DNA of 64,000 bases, counting the filler, from Basidioascus undulatus (Eukaryota): the NCBI GenBank assembly GCA_000826855.1. It is 12 parts of 12 records of this genome, joined end to end, with 100 filler letters (N's around TTAATTAATTAA, not from the genome) between each part and the next. Parts side by side here need not be neighbours in the genome. Positions count along the whole stretch, not along the records: positions 27,040 to 32,325 come from JTLS01001967.1; positions 32,426 to 37,710 come from JTLS01001968.1; positions 37,811 to 43,091 come from JTLS01001969.1; 9 more parts are not named here. One strand, written 5' to 3'. The notes under the pieces are model-generated. The model was given only the letters and a program-made list of their open reading frames with translations. It did no database searches and was not told the origin of the DNA. Each line of letters begins with the position of its first letter. The first letter of the stretch is position 1. Both the position numbers and the translations under genes were made by a program. Shown piece by piece: positions 27,101-41,670 of this stretch.

Positions 27101-27105
27101 TTTTT
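27101..27105 (+). terminator. RNA polymerase III oligo-dT terminator
   Basis: T5 run 3 nt after the end of the tRNA 5' half. Confidence 0.65.
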
Positions 27106-28414
27106 GCTCCCCATCTGAAGGGCAGCTGAAAAGGAAGCAACTATTTTGTAAGAAACCTTCGGAAGCGAGGAAAGGTATTTCCTAAATGAAACCGTCTTCT
27201 AAATGCTGCATAGAACCTGAGCAGGTAATGAGCACTCGGCGGAAGGCATCTTGCAACGCTGAAGCCTTTCAAGCTGCGAGAGCATGTGGCGTCCAACGGG
27301 CAGTCTCAGACTGACGCACAGACACCATGGATACATATAAAAGAGCTCTGAATAGACCAAATCGTTCTTATCATTGCAAGGAGACAATGCACCCCAGTAC
27401 AATTGATGCATGAGCCTTGTGAGCGAAGGCAGGTGTATCTTGAAGATGGCCATGATCGCCGGGACTCAAAGCAGTTGCACACCAGGGCTGTTGGAGCACC
27501 CTCGACACGCCACAAGCCTCACAAACACCTGCCTCCCCCAATATAACTTGTTTACCCACTATTAGTATCACTTCCTTTACCTTTCACCCCGCATGACACA
27601 GTCGCGTAACCCACTGGGTTTGGTGCGGACCGACTTTCGCTTTCGCCCGGAGCGCCACATAGCCTCCCCGTTGTATAGCTTTTTGCTAGGTAGTTAAAGG
27701 ATAGTGGCCGGGGTGATGAGGGATATTAGTTACGGTTGTCACCATCGGGTGTGCGAGTGTGTTGGAAGATGTTGGTTGAGAGATAGACTGCGGCATCCAT
27801 GAGAGAGCTGGACATCCCTCCCCCAACAAGTCTCCCTTCCTCCCCCCACAAGTCTCGCTTCCTGAAGCGATTGCTCGTCGCTGGCAGAGGGCCGTGAGCG
27901 CGCCTACTACTCTTGACCCAGTACGAGCTCGTACTAGGACTTAGAGCGCGGCGGGCGTCGCTCTCGTCAGCGAGGTTGGATGCCAGCCTTGTGCGAGCGT
28001 GGGTAGCTGTCGATACGATGTCAAAGACAAACAAAGTCAGTGGTCGCAAGTGAACGGGTGCGGATGCGAGTGCGAAATGCGAGTGCGAATGTGATTGCGA
28101 GTACGCAACGACGGGCCTTTCTCCATCTCGCTCTCACCCTTCCCTTCCAAGCTGCTCTGCTCCTCTCTACCTCCCTCTCCCTCACTGCCCTCTTCAGCTC
28201 GCCCCCTTATGAAACACCACAATGCAGACCTTCCTCCTCACTCGCTCGCCTCACACTCTCGCGAACCCCAACCCGCACTCGCCCATCTCGCGACCCAAAG
28301 AAGCGATCTCATCAAGCGCGTGTACCATTCAGCCCATCCCCCATTCCCCTCCTCCCCCCATCTTCCCACTCCCTCTATTCCCGCCCCCCTCTCTTCCTTC
28401 TCCTCACATAGCCC

Positions 28415-30025
<1,611 letters not shown>

Positions 30026-30316
30026 TCTGAGATCTTAATGTGCTGTGTGAAAGCCAGTGTGAGAGGGAAAGGAGAAGACACCCGAGTGACTCCGTTCCTT
30101 CCCTCTCCCACGCCCTGAATACTACACATACAGTAGCCGTTTCCCGAGTCACAAATGACGCGGTCAATCGGTCGACGGCATTTCAGCATTCGCGCGTCTT
30201 CGCCGACACTGGCCTTGCTCCTCGATTGCTTCCCTTGCTTGACTCGTTTCTGACGGTGAACTGCGACGCTTGCGATAGTCCCTTGAACACCGACCACCAC
30301 CATCCCCACACCCATC

Positions 30317-32325
30317 ATGTCCGAGCCTACCACCCCCGTCCCCGCCGAGTCCAAGCCCGCCGAGGGCAAGCCGGCAGAGGAGGTCGTCCTTGGGTGCGTC
30401 ATCCTCGCCCCTTGTCCTCCTGCTGAACTTGAACCTGAACCTGGGTGAGTGGGGGACAGCGAGGACGGCAAGCCCCTGAGCAAGGCGCAGCTCAAGAAGC
30501 GCGCCGCCCAGGCGGAGAAGGAGGCAAAGAAGGCGGCCACTGCCGCGCGCATTGCCGCGGAGAAGGCCGCGAAGGAGGCCAAGGACTCGGTGGTGAGTAG
30601 TCCGCTGGGGGAGCTGGAGGGATAGAGAAGGGTGCTGAGGAGTAAGCGGTGTTGGGGGTGTAGGACACCGCCTCCCAGAACTACGGCAAGCTCCCGCTCA
30701 ACCAGTCGCAGGAGCGTACCGGTGCGTCATCCTCCCCCTCTCCCTTAGAAACACTCCTCCTAACAGAAAGCCATTCTCCAGGCCGCGAGCGCGCCCTCAT
30801 CTCCGAGTTGAACGAGTCGCGCGCGGGCGAGACGGTCCTTCTCCGTGCGCGGGTGCAGACCTCTCGCGCGCAGGGCGCCAAGATGGTCTTCTTCTCGTTC
30901 CGGCAGCAGGCGCACACGATCCAAGGCATCCTCGTCGCGAAGGAGCCGGACGTGTCGAAGCAGATGGTCAAGTGGGCCGCGAGCATCGGCGACGAGAGCA
31001 TCGTCCTCGTCGAGGGCGAGGTGCAGCGCCCGAAGGAGCCCGTGCAGAGCACGACCGTGCACGATGCGGAGATTGGGATCCGGAAGGTGCGCGGGGTGAG
31101 GAGAGGGAGTGCTAGGGTGGGATGGCTGATAGGACGGGGGAGAACAGCTGCATATTCTTAGCGAGGTCGAGGGCGGGAAGCTGCCCTTCACGCTGGAGGA
31201 CGCGTCCCGGCCGGAGGAGGCGTACGCGAAGGTGCGACCATTGTCCATCCAGCCTAGTCCACGCGCACTCACTCACAGACATCACTCTGGGTTTCGCAGG
31301 AGGACGCCCAGTTCGTGCGCGTCAACCTCGACACGCGCCTCGACAACCGCGTCATTGACCTACGTGTGCGTTCTCCTGTCTTGCCCTTCCCGTCTCCTCC
31401 CCCTGTGTCCCACGCCTGACATCTATTTTCCGGGCGCAGACCGTGACGAACCAAGCGATCTTCAAGATCCAATCCGGGGTGTGCCAGCTCTTCCGGGACG
31501 CGCTTAACGCGCGCAGCTTTGTCGAGATCCACAGCCCGAAGCTGCAAGGCGCGGCGACCGAGTCGGGCGCGAGCGTCTTCAACGTCTCGTACTTCAAGGG
31601 TCCGTCCTCCCTTTCCTTCCTTCTCCCTCCTGTTCGGTTGTGCTGAGATTGAGATCGTTGTGGGATGGGATGGGATGGCAGGCCAGGCCTTCCTCGCCCA
31701 GTCCCCGCAGCTCGCAAAGCAGATGGCAATCGCGGCCGACTTCGAGCGGGTGTACGAGATCGGGCCCGTCTTCCGCGCAGAGAACTCCAACACGCACCGG
31801 CACCTGACCGAGTTCACCGGGCTCGACCTCGAGATGGCGTTCGAGGAGCACTACCACGAGGTCCTCGACGTCATCGACGACTTGTTCCTCACCATCTTCC
31901 GGGGGCTCAAGAGCCAGTTTGCGCACGAGATCGAGGTCATTCGGAAGCAGTTCCCTGCCGACGAGTTTGTCTTCCCGGAGAAGACAGTGCGGCTGCACTT
32001 TAAGGACGCGGTGGCGCTGTTGAGGGAGGCGGGCAGGGAGGTCGGGGATTACGAGGACTTCAGGTGCGGGTGTCGCCCTGATTAATAGAGGGAAAAGATG
32101 AATGCTAACTTGGCGGGGGACGGCAGCACCGAGACGGAGAAGTTCCTCGGCCAGCTCGTGAAAGAGAAGTACCACACCGACTAGTAAGCTTCACTCCGCC
32201 CCTCATTCAAAGCGTCCAACTCGCTTGACGAACTTTGGCGCCTTCACTTCTTCCAGCTACATCCTCGACAAGTTCCCGCTTGCTGTTCGCCCCTTCTACA
32301 CTATGCCCGACCCGGCCGACCCCGT
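30317..32325 (+). CDS. DPS1: Cytosolic aspartyl-tRNA synthetase (3'-truncated, multi-exon)
   Basis: [102 protein letters not shown]. Confidence 0.97.
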
Positions 32326-32425
32326 NNNNNNNNNNNNNNNNNNNNNNNNNNNNNNNNNNNNNNNNNNNNTTAATTAATTAANNNNNNNNNNNNNNNNNNN
32401 NNNNNNNNNNNNNNNNNNNNNNNNN

Positions 32426-33780
32426 CCCAATTCGCCCCTTTCCCCTCTACGATCCTCTCATCTCACACCCTCCTGCATCCTCTCCACCACGCTTCTCCCG
32501 ACCACGCCAACCAGCCTCCGCAGCAAGCTCTCGCACCCCCGGAGGCACTCCTGGTCCCCCGCGTTGCGGCACACGCGCACCGCCTCGCGCACCGTCCGCC
32601 GCGCCTCTTCCCCCCCGCCCTGCGCGGCCCAGAACGTCGCGAGCGCGAGCAGCGCATGTTGGTGCATCCCCCCGGCGGGGGCGGCCGTACCCGGCGGCGC
32701 GAGGGGCAGGCGGTAGTCGAAGAATCGGCGCAGATTCTCGAGCGCGCTTTGGAGGGAGGAGGTTTGGGAGGCGGATTGGAATCTGAGTAAGAGAGGGGTG
32801 AGTCGAATAAAGGAGGGGAGGGAGAGGAAAGGCGGGAGACGGACAGTGAGAATGCTTTCAGGCGCGCAGGGAGCGTCTCCTCCCGCTCATCCATCACCCC
32901 GAACATAGCTATTCCAACCACACACTCGTCAGCTCTCTCTCGCTCTCCCCGAGATTCCCAGGACTCCTCATCCGACGCACTATGCCCCCTCCGCCTACGC
33001 AGCACCTCCTCCCACTCCCCGCCTTGCACGTACGCCGTAAACGCGTCGAGCAGCACACCCTTCCCCTCAAAGCTGAGCTTGTCGAACGCGAGGCGCGCGC
33101 GCCGCGCGAAGAGCCCGAGGAGCGAGTGCCGGTCGAGCGGAAAGGACTCGGGATTTGGCTGGGGGGGAAGACAGGTGAGAGAGGTATGAGAACGGAAGGA
33201 GGGGAGACGCACTTCGTCTCGCTCGTTGATTAGGTATGCTACGTCTGTTTCTGGATGTGAGAGAGGAAGAGGGGGAGAGTGGGAGAACATGCGGGAAAGG
33301 GGGGGGCGGACCATTCATGAAGTCGTCCAGCCCTGAGGGGTCTTGGAGTTGTTGTGGCTATGCACCACCACGTGCAGAGGATATTCAGCATTAAACCCCA
33401 TGCCGACATAAATCCGAAAGGAAGAGTAATGGGAGGAAAGAAGACGCACAAACATCCCGAGCAGGACCGCCAGCTGCCCTCCCTCGCCCTGCTCGCCCAT
33501 GCCCCTCACATCATCCAGGAGCTCCAACCACGTCGGGGCACAATCAACGACCTGCAATTTCACCGCCAACCCCTCCTTAAGTCAGGCCCTGCCCCTCGCT
33601 TTCTCTCGCTCCCCGACAGGGCAGACGCGCCTCGAGGATCTCGCGCGCGACATAGCGGTACACGTCCACCGCGAGCCGGGACGTGATGGACTTTGTCGGA
33701 TCGGGGAACGCCGCGGAGCGCGTCGTAAAGTTGATGAGTATTAGGTACGATAGTTCGGGAGGCGTAAGCGAGTCCAGCAT
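32426..33780 (-). CDS. APC5: Anaphase-promoting complex subunit 5-like (3'-truncated)
   Basis: LDRHSLLGLFARRARLAFDKLSF; ALENLRRFFDY..HQHALLALA..EAVRVCRNAGDQECL (ANAPC5-like motif). Confidence 0.8.
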
Positions 33781-35975
33781 TGCAGGGCGAAGCGGTGGGG
33801 AAGAGGTCAAGCGCGACTGAATGTAGGCACGGCGCGTCGCTGCGCCTTCGCGTCAAATGAGGGCTTCTGGAAGACTCAGCGCCGAATAGTCGCTCTTTTG
33901 GCAATTGCCCTGAATGTTTCTCGCTTATTTTTAAACAGCCGAAGGATGTAGGCATCTCTAATGGACCCAAACCAGTCGTTAACGGGTTGCAGCCTTGCCG
34001 CCGACTCAGTCCGCGAACGACATCGGACCATGCATGTCCGTGAACTTTAACTCGGCTGCTTGACCTGCAACAATACTTGCTCAGGAAGATCAGAAGAGTT
34101 TGAGTGAGACTTCCCGATACTTTATACCAGCATTCAGCACAGCTCCTCCAAGCTTTGAACTGTCAGTGGCCAGCTGTGCAGTGGGATTAAAACACATCCG
34201 TCACCCGCATCATAGACCATTGCAAGTAGGACTATGATGAATCTGCCCATCATCTGGGCCCCTGTAAAGCGACAACGTGCTCACTCTGATCCCACTCCTA
34301 CTCCCCCTCCTCCTCCGATACACAGGCGGAAAGTCCGTGCCCGTCCCCCGCATCCAGAGGTCGACCGCGACGTCCAGGACCAAGGCCTGCTCGGGAGGGA
34401 ATGGGGCCTGGCCCTCCTTAGCTCGGGTCGATCAGCCCCATCGGCGCCGGGCCTCGTTCCACGCGATCAAGCCCACGGCGGTCCGCGGCGGTGTGCTCCC
34501 GATCGTGCCTACGCCCATGGCGACTTCAGCGGCGAGGATCGTGAACGCCGGACGCCCATGCTCAATGACCGAGCGGATGCCACTGGAGTTCAAAGGAATG
34601 ATTGTGGCGGGAGACTAGTCGTTTCAGTCCCAGGTGGTCTCACGAGTCTTACACCAAGAGGGAAGGCTCACATCACGCGGAGGTAACTGCACAAGAGGCG
34701 CAGCTTCTGCATAACTTGGGCGCTGTTGTGCCCGCGATGGCATTTGCTCGCATGGAAAAAGGCATTCAGAATAGTCCCTTGAGGTATGGTGTGATGGAAC
34801 GGCTCACCAGAAGATGTACGCCGAGAGGACCACCTTCGCACGAGACTAGGTAGTGAGCGATTCTTTTCTGATTGAGCATGTTAGGGAGTCTTAAGGACGC
34901 TGGAGTTGCCAGCGTTGGAACGTGGTGGACGCATGGAAAGGTTTGAAGGTGATAGGGCGCATGGAGACCATTAATGATCTGGTCGGTCCTCAGCATTCGC
35001 TGCCGTCCGGCATCGGCCCGGAAGTAGTTGCATGCGGACCATGTCGGACGTGCTCAAGGTCAAACCTCATACAATTTTCATTCCAAGGAGAAAACGCAGT
35101 TATTAGCTGCAGCCGCACCGACAACCCCAACTTGACGAAATCAGATGTGCTACGGGACGTGGACAGTCGAAGGTCCGGTAGGAAGGTCTGACAGGCCAAC
35201 AGCAGGAGCCGAGCTCTTAAGTTCACACCCCCCACCGCCCATCAGGAAATAGCGAGCTTGTTTCATGCTGTACGCACGGGAAAAGTAGAATTTTTATAAG
35301 AGGTGCGTTGGAACTGGCTTCCAGCCTGTGAGCCTCATGAAGCCTCTGACCCTCCACCGCAGCCAGGCAAAGCGCAACGGTTGACGCAACGTTAGATCTC
35401 TCCGCCACTTGAAGGAATGGCACGAGATCTGATATATGTCTCCGTAATCGAACTTCCACGGTACTGTGTCGACTGCTTCGACATTGAACAAGGCTGGATG
35501 GCGTCAGCGTCCCCGGTGCTTAACGGCGCGCTCTACTTGTTTGCTCCGGGGGAAACCGTTAGATGCACTGTGCACACCAGCGCGGATTCAGAAGATTATG
35601 GAACACCAGCGACTGATCATATCTGTTATAATTCGGTCATAAGTTTTTTAGGCAATACTGTAAGTGGAAGACCAACATAGGCAGCGATGCAACTGCACTT
35701 GCGTCTGCCAGCTGTGGCATCGTTGTGCCTTGTGACTTTATCAGATCTGGTGTATAACTGACTCCCCGTCATGACCAAGTGTTTTTCTGAATTGCTCATC
35801 GGGGAAGCAACGGCTGCAGAGGAATATCGTATGGAAAGGTTACGTTACGAGGATTCCGTCAGCGTAAAGCTGGAGGAGCGCGGCACCTGCCTTACCCACT
35901 CCTTGCGCTGGCAGAAAAGCTCGGTTGTGCATTAGCTGCTTGGACACTCGATACACGCGCAACAGAGATTGACGA

Positions 35976-36020
35976 ATATGCCTGTAAGAGATATGCCTGT
36001 AAGAGATATGCCTGTACGAG
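35976..36020. repeat. Tandem repeat, 3 x 15 bp (ATATGCCTGTAAGAG)
   Basis: Two exact copies plus one with a single substitution. Confidence 0.9.
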
Positions 36021-37950
36021 ATCGCCGTCGGGTACACGCAAGCAGTCGGCTTTAAACATATGCGCAATGTAATAACGGCTACAAAGAGCTGGCTATATAG
36101 TAAGGGGGTTCAAGTGTCACTGGAGAAGAAAAGGGGAAGAGGCGAGCACGGCGAGCTATTTAACTACTGAGCGTTCGAGAGAAGTCCTGGACTAATACGA
36201 GAGAACTATCGAGATAACTACAGGGGAGAGGTCATATTCCGAGAGATTCACCCGGACTACAGCAATCATGTTCCGAGAGAAACATAGAAATAAGGAAACG
36301 TTCCGAGAATTGTCCTGAAAGCGGTGCGAAGCGGAGAACCGAACATCTGAACCTAACCAAAGTCGTATCAAAGCTTGTGAGGCGACGAAGGCGTCACAGC
36401 CCGGTCCCTCGCAATGCCACTCACTCACCGGCACGGTGTTGCGCCTCAAAGCTTCGGAAAGTGTCTTCTCCGTACTTGTCCATCGAGCGTAGCGTGTCTT
36501 TGGCGTCGTCCAATTGAATGACATCGACTTGCGCAGCGCGATGCGCGGCGGGTCATCTGGACTGACGGTCCGCAAAAAGATCGTGAGCGCCATGCGCTCG
36601 CCGTTGGCGCGGTCCTTGCGTCGTAGAGCGCGGTGGCGCGGTTGTCCTTATACTGGATCTGCCACATTCGCAGGGCCTGTCCGAGCTTCCAGACCTTCGC
36701 TGCCGCCGGACCTTCGCGTGCTCGTCACCGGCTCGTCGCGTTGAGTCGGCAGGCGCCTTGTGAACCGGCTAGGGCGCGCGCTGATACTTCCGAGAGCAGT
36801 ACGACACTGCCCATCCGCACAATTCGGGTCAGCAGGTAAAGCAGTAATCAGGATAACTGTCGGAACCACCCTTGACCAGGTGGCGCTCCCTCAGGTCGTT
36901 TGAGCGGGCGGCAGTGTTGGCACTTGCCCTGGAGAGAAGCTGAGGCCGCCGGCGCCGGAAGTCATTCTCGAATATGGCGAGGTGGTCCGTTGAGCGACAC
37001 ATACATACGAAATGAAGACAACAACAAAGAGTTACTTCATAAGCGTCTGGCGCCGGGGGCGTATGGTGGGAAAGTGAACAGCGGAAGGTCGGGCTGGTCA
37101 GCACCAAGCATGCAATAAACAAGGGAGCTTTTATCCTCACCTCCTTACGTAGCCTATGAGCACTAGTGATGAAGAAAGAAGGAGGAAGAGAAGGAAGCCG
37201 GGCTTTATCGTGGATGAGCGCAACCTCGCACGTCTGACACGTTTCGCATTCAACACGTTTGAGTTCTAGACGTTTGTGCCTGGGATCCCAGGATTTTACT
37301 TTAAACGGGTTTGCAGCAACTTCCGTGCTGTGGAAATCAAAGCACACGCAACATAGACGATGGCGAATAATCATGCGAGTTCACGAAGACTGCGTAGACT
37401 GCGTCGTCGGCCCGAAACTTCTTGAAGCCTATTTCTTTATGGAATAAGACACAGCGCACCTCCGGTGTCCGATCGTCCACCGACGCAGAGATGATGTTCC
37501 ACCAACAGTCGACGTCCGCGAGGTAGCCGCGGTACGCGGGCGAGGCGGCGGTGATCAGAGCAGAATGTTTAGGGGGCGAGACCTGGAACGAAACAAACGT
37601 CAGCGAGTTTATTAATTGCTATCTCTGGGTAAGCCTTCCGAAACACAGCGAGTACACGTGTTGACGCCATTAACGATACAGCTCATGTACGCGAAGCACG
37701 GATGCGGTTANNNNNNNNNNNNNNNNNNNNNNNNNNNNNNNNNNNNNNNNNNNNTTAATTAATTAANNNNNNNNNNNNNNNNNNNNNNNNNNNNNNNNNN
37801 NNNNNNNNNNTTTCATACTCTCGTGTATAAAATGGTGGGAGCTGGCACTGCTGCATCTACATCGAAGTCACTCCCCTGCACGCTTCACTCAGCTTGCATC
37901 GACGCGAAGCGGGGAACTGACATATTTACTATAATCTTCAATAAAAACAA

Positions 37951-38066
37951 GGCGAGATGGCCGAGTGGTCTAAGGCGTCGGATTCAATCTTCTTATAGAT
38001 TTCCTCTCATATGAAGGAACAGTCCCGATCACGCAAGTGGCGCGGGTTCAAATCCCGCTCTCGTCA
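37951..38066 (+). tRNA. tRNA-Leu(CAA) with a 34-nt intron
   Basis: GGCGAGA TG GCC GAGTGGTCTAA GGC G TCGGA TT CAA [intron] GT CCCGA, long variable arm TCACGCAAGTGG, GCGGG TTCAAAT CCCGC, TCTCGTC A; T5 terminator 2 nt downstream. Confidence 0.92.
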
Positions 38067-40040
38067 ACTTTTTGCCCCTTTCCCCAAGCAAAAGCACTTT
38101 CTATAGTGCCAGCAGTTGCCTCCACTCGCCATTGTGCGTCTCTACACAAACTGCCGAGACAGCAAGCTGAATACACGCCCCAGGCAGGCAGGCCGCGCGA
38201 ACGCGGCTTAACGCAGCATGCGGTAGTAATGTTCTGCCAGCTGCACCATGAGAATATTAAGAGCTTTTAAAATTGGAACAATTTGCGCAGTTTGGTAAGC
38301 TAATTGGGGCTATCGACCCTTTCACTAGAATCAACCTCTCAGTGCAAGGTACAGGGGCAGACGGAACGCGAACGGGATGGCTCATTTTAAGGTATGTTCT
38401 CTCTCAAAAGCAGATATATATTATCCGGAACATTCCCTAACAAATGCACAAGGTACCTTGCCGACTGACTTTCCCTGTTTTTGTTCTTCATGACGTACAC
38501 CCTGGTCCCTAGGGGGCCGGGACCGCACAAGCCGCATACACACTCTGTAGTCCGCATGAACCGAGGGCGCCAAAGGCGTGAGGTTTATTGTTCACTTGGA
38601 AAACATTCCTACTCTGTCATGCACCGCACCTTGAGCTGTATTCAGTCGGGCGCCATGCGGCATGTCGGACAGGCACGTACACATGGCCACTCGCACTAAC
38701 TTTTGTGACACAGTTGCTGAACGCGACAACTGGTTTCCTCCACCTCTCACCTTCCTACGGGTTCGTATGCGGTGGTCGGTGAATGTCCATACGCAAACAG
38801 CTCGCACAGCTTGACAACGGACAACGGACGACGAGGAACGCCTTCTGACCGTCCTGGCGAGGAGCGAAGCGCAGTATAACGGTGGAAAGCAGTGGATGGC
38901 TTTACTTTCCTGTATCGAGTTTATGAAAAAACCAGGTACCTAGTGTATCTCTTGGCAACTTGGCTGACTTCGGCTTCCTTAGGCATGTCCTCGACTCGGT
39001 GGACAGAGGTGCGCTCTGCTCTTTCCTGAAGGCTCGTCCGTTATGGGTGAGTCTACATGATAAATTTTGGAATAGATACCCCCTTAGGTACAGCATCAAC
39101 ACCAACCACTTGCAGAACCGGATCTGCGACGCGTTTGTCCCTAGTCACGACCTGCGGCCAGCGGGACCTCAACCGGCACCGTCTCAGGATCGGTATTGTT
39201 GTCGTCCACCAGATGTAGAAGATAGCGCGTCTTCCCGGGGGAGCGGATCCGGTGACTGCTATTGAGCCACGCTGGTAGTTTGAGCAGCGCTTCTAGGCGA
39301 CACGACCGCTTTGTCGGACTAGCAAGGGTTCGACATTGGCTCGCAACATTATGGAAATGAAGGTCAATCTGTGGATCAGAACCGCTAATAGTTCGTCAAT
39401 ACAATCTTGAGAACAGGCATACAGAAAACGAGGCTGCATGCCCTATCCAGCAGCTGCATGTCGTTGTGCTGCCCACAGAAGTTCGAGCTCTGCGCGTACA
39501 TTGACTGTGAACACCATTGGTCAAGAAATTATACTCACATGGACAAGGTCAGGGCCACTATTATTTCCTACGATGCAGCAGATTGGGGCGACGGATCGTA
39601 AACTAGACGGGCGTGTGTGTTCGTTGCGTCCCACTCACCCACTTCTCTAGCTCCCATAGAATCCCATCCCTTATACACTCGTAAGAGCCAAAGCGCCACA
39701 TGTTACACTCCCTCGGCTTTGCAGGAGCCTCTACTTGAGCACGGCCACTTAAAGTCGGCGTGGCGCGGGCAACAGCGTATCCAACTTGCGCTTGAAAAGC
39801 TTCCACCCTCATCTCGTGAACGCTCTCTTCCAGATCACCTTTTCAAAGTGTGAAGTTCATAGTGTTCCTCAAACACCCATATCAAGAAGCCTCCTCCCCC
39901 TCCCCGGTCACTTCCCCCTCAGAGGAGCAGCCAAACCATCCCACCAGTCCATTCCCACCGGGATGCGATGCGAGGCGCCCACGCCCGAAATGGTGTACAC
40001 AAGTGCTTCGCTCAGCCGCGTCGAGATTATGTACCGCACC

Positions 40041-40640
40041 TCAAGCAGCGTCATGCCCTTCCTTTCCGCATCCACCTCTGTCCTCGGTCCGGGCCATCAC
40101 ATTCCGTGCCTGACTGCCACTCCGAAATGCAGGAAGCATCAGGGACTCACGGAGTTTGTGCTCCTCAGCCAATGCGCGCTGGAGCCCCTCCTCCAGCTTT
40201 TCCACCGGAAATTCCACGGGCCTACTCGGCTCGGACTGGGGCGGGTCGGTGCTGATCGGGCGCAGCACGATCCGCAGAAAGTGACCGCGTGCAGTTCAAG
40301 AGTTCGCTCTGCAGACCTGAGACCGAGGAAGAGCGCGAGTTGGAGCGTGGCTCCATGGACGGTCGCCCACTTCGGGCATCTCGCGCATCATGTTCGGGTT
40401 GTGAGCGCACAGGCTCTTGTACGACCGCCAGTCGTGGCGCTGGAAACCGTTGGAGCAGTATACCACCTTCATTGAAGATTGAGCCTTCCATTTCCAGTGG
40501 GAAGCTGTTCAGAAGGAAGGGCGCACCTTTTGCAGTTCCCGCACACCTGGAACTTGCGACCGCCCGGCGTAGGCGATTTGCCGCAGTTGTGGCATCGGCC
40601 AATGGCACGGTTGTAGCTGAGCTCCTTGACTTTCGGAGGC
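40041..40640 (-). pseudogene. Degenerate MYND-type zinc-finger gene
   Basis: CHNCGK..FQVCGNCK / VVYCSNGFQRHDWRSYKSLC: MYND pattern with C>F and H>Y ligand changes, a phase mismatch at the intron and a downstream in-frame stop. Confidence 0.6.
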
Positions 40641-41248
40641 GTGACGGGCGACCGAAGGGGTAGACGGAGGTATACGAGTTAGACGTGGCCGAGCTCAAGA
40701 AGGCCGTCGCGGTGGTCGTGCAAGGATTGCAGCGGCAGCTGAAGGCTTCCGCGTGGTGAGATTTTCTCCGCTAGCCGCTGTCAAACACTGGTCTACCAGC
40801 CTCTGCTCCCGGTAAACCTTGAGACTTCTGAAAGAAATGATTCTCGCTTGTTGCAAGTTATTGAGGGTTTCGGAGAAAGTGTGAGTCGGTGGCACACTTT
40901 GCCACAATAGTCCATCTGAAAACACACTGCAACGTTCATCTGCACAGTTAATGTCGAGTGGCGATAGAAATAGGACCACTCATCAACTAATACTGTATAA
41001 TAGACTATTTTGTAGACTAATATCGGTAGCGTAAGTGGTGGAAGTGCACGAACTTCACGTTGAGTCAAGTACAATGAGGTGGTGCAGCGACGCTTGAAAG
41101 GGTGGGCGCAGTAGTGCCTTCGACCCCTGGCCGGCTGCCGACTCACATCACCGTTCACGTATAATTTACGTAAAATCCTGAAAGCTCTAAATCTTCCAAA
41201 AGTTTCATGTGTCTGCTGTAGGCCCTCGGAACTGAACTATGCTTTAGG

Positions 41249-41670
41249 GTGGCGCGGCGGTGCAGGTCATCCGTCAACGAAGGGCAGTGCAATACGCGCC
41301 GCAGCCTCATGAACAGCACCTTCTCCGCGAACTTCCACTCTGAGCTCCTGGCGTGCGAACCCCCCGCCGGCACGAGCATGGCCTTCCTGGATCTGTACGA
41401 CCTCCTGGCTGGCGTGCTCGCGGACCCGCAGGCCGCCGGCTTCACGGAGGTGGACGAGCCGTGCTTGAGGGGGACGTATGGGACGGGGGAGCACAGCGTT
41501 TGCGAGAGCCCGGACGAGTATCTTTACTGGTGAGCTCGAGCGAAGAGGCACTGAGAGGAGGATAAGCGGAAGCTGACGATTGGGGGGGCGGCTACAGGGA
41601 CCAACACCATCCAACGGCAGCGGTGCACCGCCTGTTAGGAAAAAAGGCTGCCCAAGTGCTAGGATGCTGA
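41249..41670 (+). pseudogene. C-terminal fragment of a GDSL/SGNH hydrolase (CE16-like); no N-terminal half found
   Basis: FLDLYDLLAGVLADPQAAGFTEVDEPCL..CESPDEYLYW [intron] DQHHPTAAVHRLL (DxxH catalytic block). No GDS motif exon seen upstream. Confidence 0.65.

Noticed and set aside
27600..27730. Possible structured ncRNA (AACCCA-C-TGGGTT hairpin, T-run, GTGATGA)
   Set aside because: No snRNA or snoRNA consensus could be assembled by eye; an Rfam scan would be needed.
30026..30316. Divergent LYS1/DPS1 pair (also UBA1/stomatin) as a functional cluster
   Set aside because: Short head-to-head spacing is ordinary in compact fungal genomes; no shared motif identified.
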